From the NCBI GenBank assembly GCA_963712815.1, contig CAVQJL010000012.1, positions 925,027-989,026 of the forward strand: 64,000 bases of DNA, read 5' to 3'. This stretch comes from an uncultured Gammaproteobacteria bacterium. GTDB taxonomy: Bacteria; Pseudomonadota; Gammaproteobacteria; Steroidobacterales; Steroidobacteraceae. Every line of letters starts with the position of its first letter. The stretch's first letter is position 1. Below the pieces are notes generated by a model. The model was not told where the DNA came from, searched no databases, and worked only from the letters and a program-made list of their open reading frames with translations. Both the position numbers and the translations under genes were made by a program. Below are positions 41,517 to 50,518 of the stretch, in pieces.

Positions 41517-42841
41517 TGCGCCATGTGCGGGTTCCTTGCGCGCGCGTCGCCGGCTTACAGTCGGCCGCATGTCCGCAGGCCCGATCCTATTACGCCGCGA
41601 CCGCGCACGAGGCGCCCGCACACCCGGCGCTCGCGGGCGATGCGAGCTGCGACGTGTGCGTGGTGGGCGCGGGCCTCACGGGTTGCGCGGCGGCGCTCGA
41701 GCTCGCGGAGCGTGGCTATCGCGTCGTCGTGCTGGAGGCCGAGCAGGTCGGCTGGGGCGCTTCGGGTCGCAGCGGCGGCCAGGCGATCGTCGGCTACGGC
41801 ACGAGCCAGGCCAGCCTCGCTGCGCAGGTCGGCATCGAATCGGCGCGCCGCATGTGGGACGTCTCGGTCGAAGCCCTCGACTGGGTGCGCGACCGGGTCG
41901 CGCGCCACGGCATCGACTGCGACCTCAACTGGGGCCACCTGCACGTAGCCACCCGGCCGCGCCAGCGCGGCGAGCTGCTGGACCTTCAACGCGAACTGGC
42001 GGACGTGTACGGATACCACTCGCCGCGATTCATGGAGCGCAGCGACGTCGAGTCGCTGCTCGCGACGACGCGCTACTGCGCCGGGCTGTACGACCCGAGG
42101 AGCGGCCACCTGCACCCGCTCAACTACACGCTGGGCCTGGCACGCGCCGCCGTCGCCGCCGGGGTCGTCATCCACGAGGGATCGCCGGTCGCGCGCATCG
42201 TGCAAGGCGATCCGCTGCGGCTCGTCACGCCCCGCGGCACCGTCACGGCCCGCCATGCAGTGCTGTCGCGCGGTGGCTATCTCGCCGGCTTGCGCACGCC
42301 CGCCGACTGGCGCGTGATGCCGGTGGGCACGTACGTCGTGGCGACCGAGCCGCTGGGTGCAGAGCGCATCACGGCGCTGATCCGCGAGAACGTCGCGGTG
42401 GCCGACGTGAACTTCGTCCTCGACTACTTCCGCCGCTCGGCCGACCACCGCCTGCTGTTCGGCGGGCGGGTCAGTTACTCGGGCATCGACGCGCGCGACA
42501 CCGGGCGCGCGACCGGCGCGCGCATGCGTCGGGTCTTCCCGCAGCTCGCGGGCGTGCGGCTCGACTACGTCTGGGGCGGCTACGTCGACATCAGCATGAA
42601 CCGGGCGCCGGACTTCGGCCGCATCGGCGGCAACCTCTACTACCTGCAGGGGTTCTCCGGTCACGGTGTCGCGCTGTCGGGGATGGCCGGGCGGCTCGCG
42701 GCCGAAGCGATCGCGGGCCAGGCAGGGCGATTCGACCTCTACCGGCGGCTGCACCACCGCCCGTTCCCCGGCGGGCGACTGCTGCGCACGCCGGCGCTGG
42801 TGCTCGGGATGCTGTGGTACCGGCTGCGCGACCTGCTCTGA
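41498..42841 (+). CDS. FAD-dependent oxidoreductase (DAO family, gamma-glutamylputrescine-oxidase-like)
   Basis: It has SYYAATA..., VCVVGAGLTGCAAALELAERG and GWGASGRSGGQ. The start is probably downstream of 41498, because 41498 overlaps the divergent yhhN start. Confidence 0.75.
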   Translation: MTQRRPLRHVRVPCARVAGLQSAACPQARSYYAATAHEAPAHPALAGDASCDVCVVGAGLTGCAAALELAERGYRVVVLEAEQVGWGASGRSGGQAIVGYGTSQASLAAQVGIESARRMWDVSVEALDWVRDRVARHGIDCDLNWGHLHVATRPRQRGELLDLQRELADVYGYHSPRFMERSDVESLLATTRYCAGLYDPRSGHLHPLNYTLGLARAAVAAGVVIHEGSPVARIVQGDPLRLVTPRGTVTARHAVLSRGGYLAGLRTPADWRVMPVGTYVVATEPLGAERITALIRENVAVADVNFVLDYFRRSADHRLLFGGRVSYSGIDARDTGRATGARMRRVFPQLAGVRLDYVWGGYVDISMNRAPDFGRIGGNLYYLQGFSGHGVALSGMAGRLAAEAIAGQAGRFDLYRRLHHRPFPGGRLLRTPALVLGMLWYRLRDLL

Positions 42842-42889
42842 GCAGCCGGCATTCCGGCCCGGCGCGAAATCCTCTAGAGTCCCGGACGC

Positions 42890-42967
42890 TCAGCCCCGCC
42901 GTTTCGTGCGCAGGTACAGCACGTAGGCGATCAGCACCACGATGAGCAGCAGCAGGATCTTGGTCAT
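42890..42967 (-). CDS. Possible 25-aa single-TM micropeptide
   Basis: The peptide MTKILLLLIVVLIAYVLYLRTKRRG has a hydrophobic helix and a basic tail. GAGG lies about 11 nt upstream. It is AT-richer than its surroundings. Confidence 0.3.
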   Translation of the reverse strand: MTKILLLLIVVLIAYVLYLRTKRRG

Positions 42968-43007
42968 GATCGGGATTACCTCGTCGCTCGGCGGGATCAT
43001 ACCCGCG

Positions 43008-44090
43008 GTGAGCATCGACTCGCTGGTGTCGTTCCGGGCCGGTCCGGGCGCCCTCGCGCACGTGCGCGATCGACGGACTCGCACCGGCCGACATCGCCTG
43101 CATCCCGGCCGCGGCCGGCGGCCCGAAGGGGCTCGCGCTGCTGCCGCTGGACCGGCTGCTCCACCGCGAGTGGCTGCAGCCGCACGCGATGGAAATCGAG
43201 TTGATGGGCGCCTCGATCGGCGCCTGGCGCATGGCCGCGCTGGCGCAGCCCGACGCCGGCGCGGCGCTCGACCGGCTCCAGCACGCCTACGTACGCGACC
43301 AGGACTACCCGTCGAAAAGCCGTCGCCCGACGAAGTCGCCGCGACCTGCCGGCGCATCGCCCGCGCGGTGCTGGGCGGCCGGCCCCTCGAGGTCCGTGAG
43401 GGCGTGGCGCTCACCGTGGTCACCGCGCACGCGCGCGGTCCGCTGCACGGGACGGAGTCGAAGCTCGCCTTCGCGCGGGCGACGCTGAGCAACGCCATCG
43501 CGCGTGAGCGACTCGCCCCGTACCTCGAGCGCGTGCTGTTCGAGGCCGGCCGACCGGGGTTCCTGCACCAGCCCTTCGACGCGTTCGGGCTGGTGCGGGT
43601 GGCGATGGATGCGGGCAACGCCGAGGACGCGCTGCTCGCCTCGGGCACCATTCCGCTCGTGTGCTCGCCGGTGCGCGACATCGCCGGCGCGCCGCCCGGC
43701 AACTACTGGGACGGCGCGCTGGTGGACTACCACCTGCTGCTGCCCTACCCCGAGCTCACCCGCGCCGGCGGGCGCCGCCGCCTCGTGTTCTACCCGCACT
43801 TCAACGACTACGTGACGCCCGGCTGGCTCGACAAGCACCTGCCCTGGCGCAAGGCGCCGCGCGGCCACCCCTGGCTCGAGGACATGCTGCTCGTGGCGCC
43901 CTCGCCCGCCTTCCTCGCCGGCCTGCCGGACGGCAAGCTGCCCGAACGGCAGGACTTCTACCGCTACGGTCCGGACCACGCCGCGCGCATCCGCGCCTGG
44001 GAACGGGCCATCGGCGAGTGCGAGCGCTTCGCCGAGGCCGTGCTGCGCTGGCTGGAGCGGCCCGATCCCTCCCTGCTCCGGCCGATCTGA
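43008..44090 (+). pseudogene. Patatin-like phospholipase gene with two compensating 1-nt frame breaks (about 43074 and about 43312) that bracket the catalytic motifs
   Basis: N-terminal FRAGPGALAHVRD and the C-terminal 260 aa are in frame 0. The oxyanion/nucleophile segment AAGGPKGLALLPLD...LMGASIGAWRMAA is in frame +1 (ORF 43189..43488). Confidence 0.7.
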
Positions 44091-44107
44091 ACGGCTATCA
44101 TTTCCCG

Positions 44108-44683
44108 ATGTCGAGACCCGGTCCACGCTGCGTCGAACTGCTACGCCACGCCGGCTCGCCGCCGTCCGGCGTGGTGCGTCGCATCGACGTCGAGATCTCG
44201 ACGACGCGCGAAGGCGCGCTGCGCCTGCGTTACTTCGTGGACGGCGACGTGCGCCGGATCGTGGTGCCGCCGCCGGCCCCGGCAAAGGCGGCCGACGGCC
44301 TGTGGCGCCAGACCTGCTTCGAGGCGTTCATCGCCGGGCAGGCCTCGACGGCGTATTTCGAGTTCAACTTCTCGCCGTCCTCGCAGTGGGCGGTGTACGG
44401 GTTCACCAGCTATCGCGAGGGCATGGCGCCGCTCGAGCACGTCCTGCCGCCGCAGGTGACCGCGAGCATCACCGACGACCGCATCGCGCTCGAAGCCGTC
44501 GTGCATCGCGAGACCCTGCTCGGGCTGCCGGGCGCCGCGAGCCTGCGACTCGGGCTGGCGGCCGTGATCGAGCGCTCCGACGGCGGTCTGTCGCACTGGG
44601 CGCTGGCCCACCCCTCGGAGCGACCGGACTTCCATGACCCGGAGGGCTTCGTGCTCACTATCAACCGCGCCCCGCCATGGTGA
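44108..44683 (+). CDS. Hypothetical protein (beta-sandwich/DOMON-like guess)
   Basis: The ATG is in frame within the track ORF and the composition looks coding. The gene overlaps the namZ-like start by 7 nt. Confidence 0.5.
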   Translation: MSRPGPRCVELLRHAGSPPSGVVRRIDVEISTTREGALRLRYFVDGDVRRIVVPPPAPAKAADGLWRQTCFEAFIAGQASTAYFEFNFSPSSQWAVYGFTSYREGMAPLEHVLPPQVTASITDDRIALEAVVHRETLLGLPGAASLRLGLAAVIERSDGGLSHWALAHPSERPDFHDPEGFVLTINRAPPW

Positions 44684-45885
44684 GCTTCGGCCTCGACCGG
44701 CTGATCGCCGAGCCCGGGCTGCGGCGGCCGCTCGCCGGCAGGCGCGTGGCGCTGCTCGCCCATCCGGCCTCCGTCACCACGGACCTCACGCATGCGCTCG
44801 ACGCGCTCGCGACACTGGGCGACCTGAAGCTGACGGCCGCCTTCGGCCCGCAGCACGGCCTGCGCGGCGACAAGCAGGACAACATGATCGAGTCGCCGGA
44901 CTTCCTCGATCCGGCGCACGGCATTCCGGTCTTCAGTCTGTACGGCGAAGTGCGGCGGCCGACGCCGGCGATGCTCGACTCCTTCGACGTGCTGCTGGTG
45001 GACCTGCAGGACCTCGGCTGCCGCATCTACACCTTCATCACCACGCTGCGCTACGTGCTCGAGGCCGCGGCAACCCGGGGCAAGTCGGTCTGGGTGCTCG
45101 ACCGACCGAACCCCGTCGGCCGCCCGGTCGAGGGCCTCACGCTGCGCGCGGGCTGGGAGAGCTTCGTGGGCGCGGGCCCGATGCCCATGCGCCACGGCCT
45201 CACGCTCGGCGAACTCGGTCACTGGTTCGTGCGGCACCTGAAGCTCGACGTGGACTACCGCGTTATCGGGATGCAGGGGTGGGAGCCTGATCGCGCGCCC
45301 GGCTACGGATGGCCGCTGGGCGAACGCACCTGGGTGAACCCGAGCCCCAACGCACCGAACCTGTGGATGGCGCGCTGCTACCCGGGCACCGTGATGCTCG
45401 AGGGCACGACGCTCACCGAGGGCCGCGGCACGACGCGCCCGCTCGAGCTCTTCGGTGCGCCGCATCTCGATGTCGGAGCGCTCGTAGCCGAGATGCGGCG
45501 GTTCGCACCCGACTGGCTGCGCGGCTGCGCGCTGCGTCCGTGCTGGTTCGAGCCCACCTTCCACAAGCACGCGGGGAAGCTGTGCGCCGGTTTGCAGGTG
45601 CACGTGGAGGACGCCGCCTACGACCACGAGGCGTTCCGTCCGTGGCGCGTGCAGGCGCTCGCCTTCAAGGCGCTGCATCGGCTGCTCCCGGACTACGACC
45701 TGTGGCGCGACTTCCCCTACGAGTACGAGCACGGCCGGCTCGCGATCGACCTCATCAACGGCAGCGACCTGCTGCGACGCTGGGTGGACGATGCGGCCGC
45801 GACGGCCGACGACCTCGACGCACTCGCCGCACCCGACGAGCGGGCGTGGCGCGAGCAGCGAGAGGAGTTCCTGCGCTACCGTTGA
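44677..45885 (+). CDS. namZ: DUF1343 / NamZ-family exo-beta-N-acetylmuramidase-like protein
   Basis: It has FGPQHGLRGDKQDNM, VDLQDLGCRIYTF and MRHGLTLGEL, patterns typical of DUF1343. Confidence 0.7.
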   Translation: MVSFGLDRLIAEPGLRRPLAGRRVALLAHPASVTTDLTHALDALATLGDLKLTAAFGPQHGLRGDKQDNMIESPDFLDPAHGIPVFSLYGEVRRPTPAMLDSFDVLLVDLQDLGCRIYTFITTLRYVLEAAATRGKSVWVLDRPNPVGRPVEGLTLRAGWESFVGAGPMPMRHGLTLGELGHWFVRHLKLDVDYRVIGMQGWEPDRAPGYGWPLGERTWVNPSPNAPNLWMARCYPGTVMLEGTTLTEGRGTTRPLELFGAPHLDVGALVAEMRRFAPDWLRGCALRPCWFEPTFHKHAGKLCAGLQVHVEDAAYDHEAFRPWRVQALAFKALHRLLPDYDLWRDFPYEYEHGRLAIDLINGSDLLRRWVDDAAATADDLDALAAPDERAWREQREEFLRYR

Positions 45886-46106
45886 GCGCGGCGCCGTACG
45901 TCCGCTCTAGAGATCGCGCATGTGTCGGATCGACCGATGTCGGACATCATGCCGCCGCGCGGCAAAGCAGTTGCCGACGATCCGAAGCGGGCGTTTCACG
46001 GCCGCTGCAGCCGGCACGGGACGTACTGACATTTCGGCCCCGCGCGTTCACAGTCTCACACGTGCCACCTGGTTTCATCTCGTGCAATATGCTTCAGTGA
46101 GATAAC

Positions 46107-47540
46107 GTGTCGAAAAAGCGATGGTGGAAAAGGCTGCTCATTGGCGCCGGCTTGGTGCTGGGGCCTCTGGCGGTGCTGATTGGCGTCTTCGTCGCGCGCT
46201 TTGTTCCATTCCCGCCGGATGCGGACTATCCGCCGCCTGCCGATCGGATCGAGGCGTTCCGCCAGGATCTCGACTTCCTGCGACGCTATCCTGAGTACGA
46301 CTGGTCGTTCTCAGACAGCGAAGAGGCGGCGTTCCAGGCCACGATCACGGAACTCGAGTCGAGGCTCGACTCTCTCACACAGGCAGAGTTCGAATTGGGT
46401 GTCGCCAGGGCCGTGGCCCACGCGAACAACGCTCATACCAACGTCTCGCCGATTTCGCGACGCGCTCGCGTCAATGCACTGCCGTTGCGATTGGCCTGGT
46501 TCGACGACGGTCTGTACGTCGTGCTTGCCGACGCGGCGTACGCTGATCTGCTTGGTGCCAGAGTCGTCGGCATCGAGGGACGGACTCCCGACGAGATCGC
46601 AGTGATCTTCCGGCCGACCTTTGGCGGCCATGCCGGCCGTTCGCGCTGGATCAGCAGCCTGAACATGGAATCGCCGGATCTTCTGCATGCTGCCGGCGTC
46701 ACCGCAGACCCGGAGCGTGTCGAGATGCAATTCGATCTAGCCGATGGCCAGCGGACCTCACGCACGATTGCCAGCATACCGGCATTCACCGACGTAGCGC
46801 TGCGGCGTTACGGTGGAGATCTGCTTGAGTATGTCGTTCCGGAACCGGTCGCCAGCGATTGGCACCACGTGATGCAGGGACAGACGCCTCCGCTGTACCT
46901 GTCTCAGCCCGATGCACCGTTCTTCGCCGAGTGGATCGAGACCCGCGCGGGGCCGGGGTTCTACATGCGACTGGAGATGACGATGGACGTGGGCGGACAC
47001 ATCCTGTCGGATTTTCACGCCCGAGCGCTGGACGCCTTGGAGAGTCGCGACGCGCGGTTCGTTGTCGTCGACCTGCGCCACAACGGTGGGGGCACCGTCG
47101 ACGCGGGATTTGCCACGGCCGTCACAAGGAAACTGGCCGCCGACGACAAGGTGTTTATCGTGACGTCGCCGCAGACTTTTTCTGGCGGCATCACGGAAGC
47201 TGCCTACTTCAAACACTACGGCGGCGATCGTGCCCTCGTGCTCGGCGAGCCGGTGGGGGATGATCTCGTGTTCTGGGGCAATGCCGGCACACCGATGACA
47301 CTGCCCAATTCACAGATATCGGTGCAGATCTGGGTTGCGAAAGAGGACTGGGAGAACGGGTGCGACGACTGGTGGCTGTGCTTCTGGCCAACGATGCTCA
47401 CCGACGTCGGCGTCGGCACCTTGGAGCCAGACGTCCGCGTGCCGATGACCTTCGCTGATTACCGCGCCGGACGGGACCCTGTCATCGAGCGCTTGATCGC
47501 CATCGTAGAGGCGGACGGACGGGCCTTGGCCGAGGAGTGA
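46107..47540 (+). CDS. Membrane-anchored S41-like (tail-specific/Tricorn-core-type) peptidase family protein
   Basis: It has an N-terminal TM segment (WWKRLLIGAGLVLGPLAVLIGVFV), VVDLRHNGGG and VTSPQTFSGG, resembling S41 motifs. GC content and codon usage are visibly lower than in the neighbours. Confidence 0.5.
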   Translation: MSKKRWWKRLLIGAGLVLGPLAVLIGVFVARFVPFPPDADYPPPADRIEAFRQDLDFLRRYPEYDWSFSDSEEAAFQATITELESRLDSLTQAEFELGVARAVAHANNAHTNVSPISRRARVNALPLRLAWFDDGLYVVLADAAYADLLGARVVGIEGRTPDEIAVIFRPTFGGHAGRSRWISSLNMESPDLLHAAGVTADPERVEMQFDLADGQRTSRTIASIPAFTDVALRRYGGDLLEYVVPEPVASDWHHVMQGQTPPLYLSQPDAPFFAEWIETRAGPGFYMRLEMTMDVGGHILSDFHARALDALESRDARFVVVDLRHNGGGTVDAGFATAVTRKLAADDKVFIVTSPQTFSGGITEAAYFKHYGGDRALVLGEPVGDDLVFWGNAGTPMTLPNSQISVQIWVAKEDWENGCDDWWLCFWPTMLTDVGVGTLEPDVRVPMTFADYRAGRDPVIERLIAIVEADGRALAEE

Positions 47541-47633
47541 GCAATCGCGTCAGTGCTTTTACCCCACGCACGGCCTCGCGGCGATCATGTCCGGCTAACC
47601 GCCACGCCATCGCGTGCTTCCGTCGCTTGGATA

Positions 47634-49019
47634 TCAGCTTCCTGACTCGACCTTGCGCATTTCGCGCAGCGTCACGAACTCCTCGGCCGCGGTCGGGTGG
47701 ATGGCCACGGTCGCGTCGAACTGTTCCTTCGTGAGCCCCGCCTTCACCGCGATCGCAATGCCCTGGATGATCTCCGGCGCATCGGGCCCGACCATGTGCG
47801 CGCCCACCACGCGCTGGCTCGCCTCGTCCACCACGAGCTTCACGAGCGTGCGCTCGTTGCGCCCGGAGAGCGTGTACTTGAGCGGACGAAAGGTGGTGGC
47901 ATAGACCTCCACCTTGCCGAACGCGGCTTCCGCGTCCGCCTCCGACAGTCCGACAGTCCCGACAGGCGGCTGGCTGAACACGGCCTGCGGCACGTCCCGA
48001 TGATCGACCGCAACGCGGCGGCGGCCGAACAGCGTGGTCGCGAGCGCCGCCCCCTCGCGGATGGCGACCGGCGTGAGGGCGATGCGATCGGTGACGTCGC
48101 CCACCGCGTGGATGTTCGGCACGCTGCTGGTGGAGTACCCGTCCACGGATACCGCGCCCTGCGCGTCGAGGACGACACCCACCGCTTCGAGTCCGAGGCC
48201 CGCAGTCGCGGGCCGGCGACCGACTGCAAACATCACGGCGTCGGCCTCGACCTGCTCCGCTCGCCCGGCGGTCGTGAGCGCGGCGAGGAGCGAGCCGTCC
48301 GCACGTCGCTCGATGCGGGTGAGATGGCTCTGCAGTCGCACGTCGAGGCCCTTCAGAACGAGCTCGTGGTGCAGGTGCCTGCGCACGTCGTCGTCGAAAC
48401 CGCGCAGGATCTGCTCGCCCCGATAGGCCAGCGTCACCCCGGCGCCGAGGCCGTGGAAGATCCCTCCGAACTCGACGGCGATGAAGCCCCCGCCGACGAT
48501 CAGCACGCGACCCGGGAACTCGGGCAACTGGAACGCTTCGTTCGAGGTGATCGCCAGCTCGGCACCCGGAATCGCGGGACGGACCGGCTGCCCGCCCGTG
48601 GCGATCAGGATGTGCGCGGCCGTGAAGCTCCGCTCCGCGACCTGCACCGTGTGGCGGTCGACCAGCGTGGCGTGCCCCTCGATGAGCGCGACACCGGCCG
48701 CCTTGAGCAGCGTCCGGTAGATGTCCTCGAGGCGGGTGATCTCGCGGTCCTTGTTGGCGATGAGCGCGGGCCAGGAGAAGCTCGCCTCGGCGGTCCAGCC
48801 GTAGGCCGCCGCGTCCTCGAGGTCGTCGCGGAAGTGAGCGGCGTACACGAGCAGCTTCTTCGGCACGCAGCCGCGGATGACGCAGGTGCCTCCGGGCCGG
48901 TAGGACTCGGCGATGGCGACCCGCGCGCCGAACCCGGCCGCCACGCGGGCCGCCCGCACGCCGCCCGAGCCGGCGCCGATCACGAACAGGTCGTAGTCGA
49001 ACTGCGCCGGCCCCGTCAC
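47634..49019 (-). CDS. gor: Glutathione-disulfide reductase
   Basis: It has DLFVIGAGSGGVRAAR, the redox-active GGTCVIRGCVPKK, and the C-terminal dimerisation HPTAAEE. Confidence 0.88.
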   Translation of the reverse strand: MTGPAQFDYDLFVIGAGSGGVRAARVAAGFGARVAIAESYRPGGTCVIRGCVPKKLLVYAAHFRDDLEDAAAYGWTAEASFSWPALIANKDREITRLEDIYRTLLKAAGVALIEGHATLVDRHTVQVAERSFTAAHILIATGGQPVRPAIPGAELAITSNEAFQLPEFPGRVLIVGGGFIAVEFGGIFHGLGAGVTLAYRGEQILRGFDDDVRRHLHHELVLKGLDVRLQSHLTRIERRADGSLLAALTTAGRAEQVEADAVMFAVGRRPATAGLGLEAVGVVLDAQGAVSVDGYSTSSVPNIHAVGDVTDRIALTPVAIREGAALATTLFGRRRVAVDHRDVPQAVFSQPPVGTVGLSEADAEAAFGKVEVYATTFRPLKYTLSGRNERTLVKLVVDEASQRVVGAHMVGPDAPEIIQGIAIAVKAGLTKEQFDATVAIHPTAAEEFVTLREMRKVESGS

Positions 49020-49468
49020 GACTCCTCGGCACCGAACGTAGTGAGCAGCCGGCGCGCACCCGCCTCGATCTGGTCCATCATCACGGCAAAGCCGTCGGCC
49101 TCGCCGAAGTACGGGTCGGGCACCTCGCGGTCACCGAGGAAGAGTTCCATGCGCACGGCGCTCCCGGCCGGTAGGCGCTGCTCGAGCTGCCGCAGGTTGT
49201 CGCGGTCCATCGCGAGTATCAGGTCGGTGGTGGCGAAGTCCTCCGCGGCGATCTCGCGGCAGCGAAAGGCGCCGAGGTCGTAGCCGCGCGCCTCGCAGGC
49301 CGCGATGGTTCGCGGGTCGGCGGTGTCGCCGGCGTGCTTGTCCTTGAGGCCGGCGGAGGCGAACGACACGCGCCCTTCGAGAGTCGCATCGCGGGCCAGT
49401 TTGCGGCACACCGCTTCCGCCGCCGGCGAACGGCAGTAGTTGCCCGCATCAACGAACAGGATCTTCAT
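49016..49468 (-). CDS. Low-molecular-weight phosphotyrosine phosphatase / ArsC-fold protein with Asp at the nucleophile Cys position
   Basis: MKILFVDAGNYCRSP contrasts with the canonical V-C-x-G-N-x-C-R-S. LILAMD and VPDPYF are conserved. There are 4-nt overlaps with both dctP (upstream) and gor (downstream). Confidence 0.7.
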   Translation of the reverse strand: MKILFVDAGNYCRSPAAEAVCRKLARDATLEGRVSFASAGLKDKHAGDTADPRTIAACEARGYDLGAFRCREIAAEDFATTDLILAMDRDNLRQLEQRLPAGSAVRMELFLGDREVPDPYFGEADGFAVMMDQIEAGARRLLTTFGAEES

Positions 49469-50511
49469 TTGACTCCTCCGTCGTTCTGCTCACACGCGGT
49501 CACCGCCGCGTCGAGGCGCTCCAGCCATTCGGGACCGTAGCGATTGGCGTACCAGTCGCGCAGACCCCGGGTAGCGGCGCGGAACTGCCCGCGCTGCTCC
49601 GCCGTGATCTCGTCCACGGTACCGCCCGAGGCGCGAAATGTCTCGAACGCCGGCGCCTGCCGGCTCGCGGCGGCCTCGCGCGTGGCGAGCGCAAGCACTC
49701 GAAAACCCTCGGCCACGACGGGCTTGAGATCCTCGGGCAGCGACTGCCACTGCTTTTCCGAGTACCACCACATCGCGCCCATGTAGCTGTGACGGTCCAC
49801 CAGCAGGAAGCGCACGTGCTCGTGCAGCTTCATGCCCACCACGTCCTGCACGCTGTTCTTGGTGCCGTCGAGCAGCCCGGCGGAGAGCGCGTAATACACC
49901 TCCGACCACGGCAACGGCGTCGGGCTGCCGCCCAGCGCCCGCACCATCTCCTGCTCGAGGGCCGAGGGCAGCGTGCGGATCCTCAGGCGGTCGAGGTCCG
50001 CGGGCGAGCGGATGCGCTTGCGGGTCGTCGCAAAGCTGCGCCAGCCGCCCGTGTTGCCCACGGCCATGAGCCGCAGGCCGAGGCCCTGGCCCAGGATCGA
50101 CTGACCTATCTCGTCGAGCAGCGGTCCGTCCATCACGCACTCGGCCACGGCGTCGTCCGCGAAAGTGTAAGGCAGGTCGAGCACCTGCGCGGGCCCGAAC
50201 AGCGCCGCGAGCCCGCCGAACGTCGTCTGGTGCATCTCGAGCATGCCGCCCTGCAGCGCCTCGATGCACTCGCGCTCGCTGCCGCAGTACTGCCCCGACG
50301 GGAAGACCTGCACAGAGACCCGGCCGCCGGCCGCCGCCTCGACGCTGTCCTTGAACGCCATGGCGCCCACGTAGTCCTCGTCGTCGCTGGAGGCGAGGAA
50401 GGCGATTCGGATCGTGATCTCGGCGCGCTCGGCGCGCGACGTGTACACGCCCGCCGCGCAGACGGCCAGGATCAGCAGGAGCAGCACGCGCATGAGCACC
50501 GGGTTCGTCAC
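49465..50511 (-). CDS. dctP: TRAP transporter substrate-binding protein (DctP family)
   Basis: It has a signal peptide and a DctP-like pattern ...GNTGGWRSFATTRKRIRSPADLDRLRIRT.... Confidence 0.8.
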   Translation of the reverse strand: MTNPVLMRVLLLLILAVCAAGVYTSRAERAEITIRIAFLASSDDEDYVGAMAFKDSVEAAAGGRVSVQVFPSGQYCGSERECIEALQGGMLEMHQTTFGGLAALFGPAQVLDLPYTFADDAVAECVMDGPLLDEIGQSILGQGLGLRLMAVGNTGGWRSFATTRKRIRSPADLDRLRIRTLPSALEQEMVRALGGSPTPLPWSEVYYALSAGLLDGTKNSVQDVVGMKLHEHVRFLLVDRHSYMGAMWWYSEKQWQSLPEDLKPVVAEGFRVLALATREAAASRQAPAFETFRASGGTVDEITAEQRGQFRAATRGLRDWYANRYGPEWLERLDAAVTACEQNDGGVK

Positions 50512-50518
50512 GGCGCCG

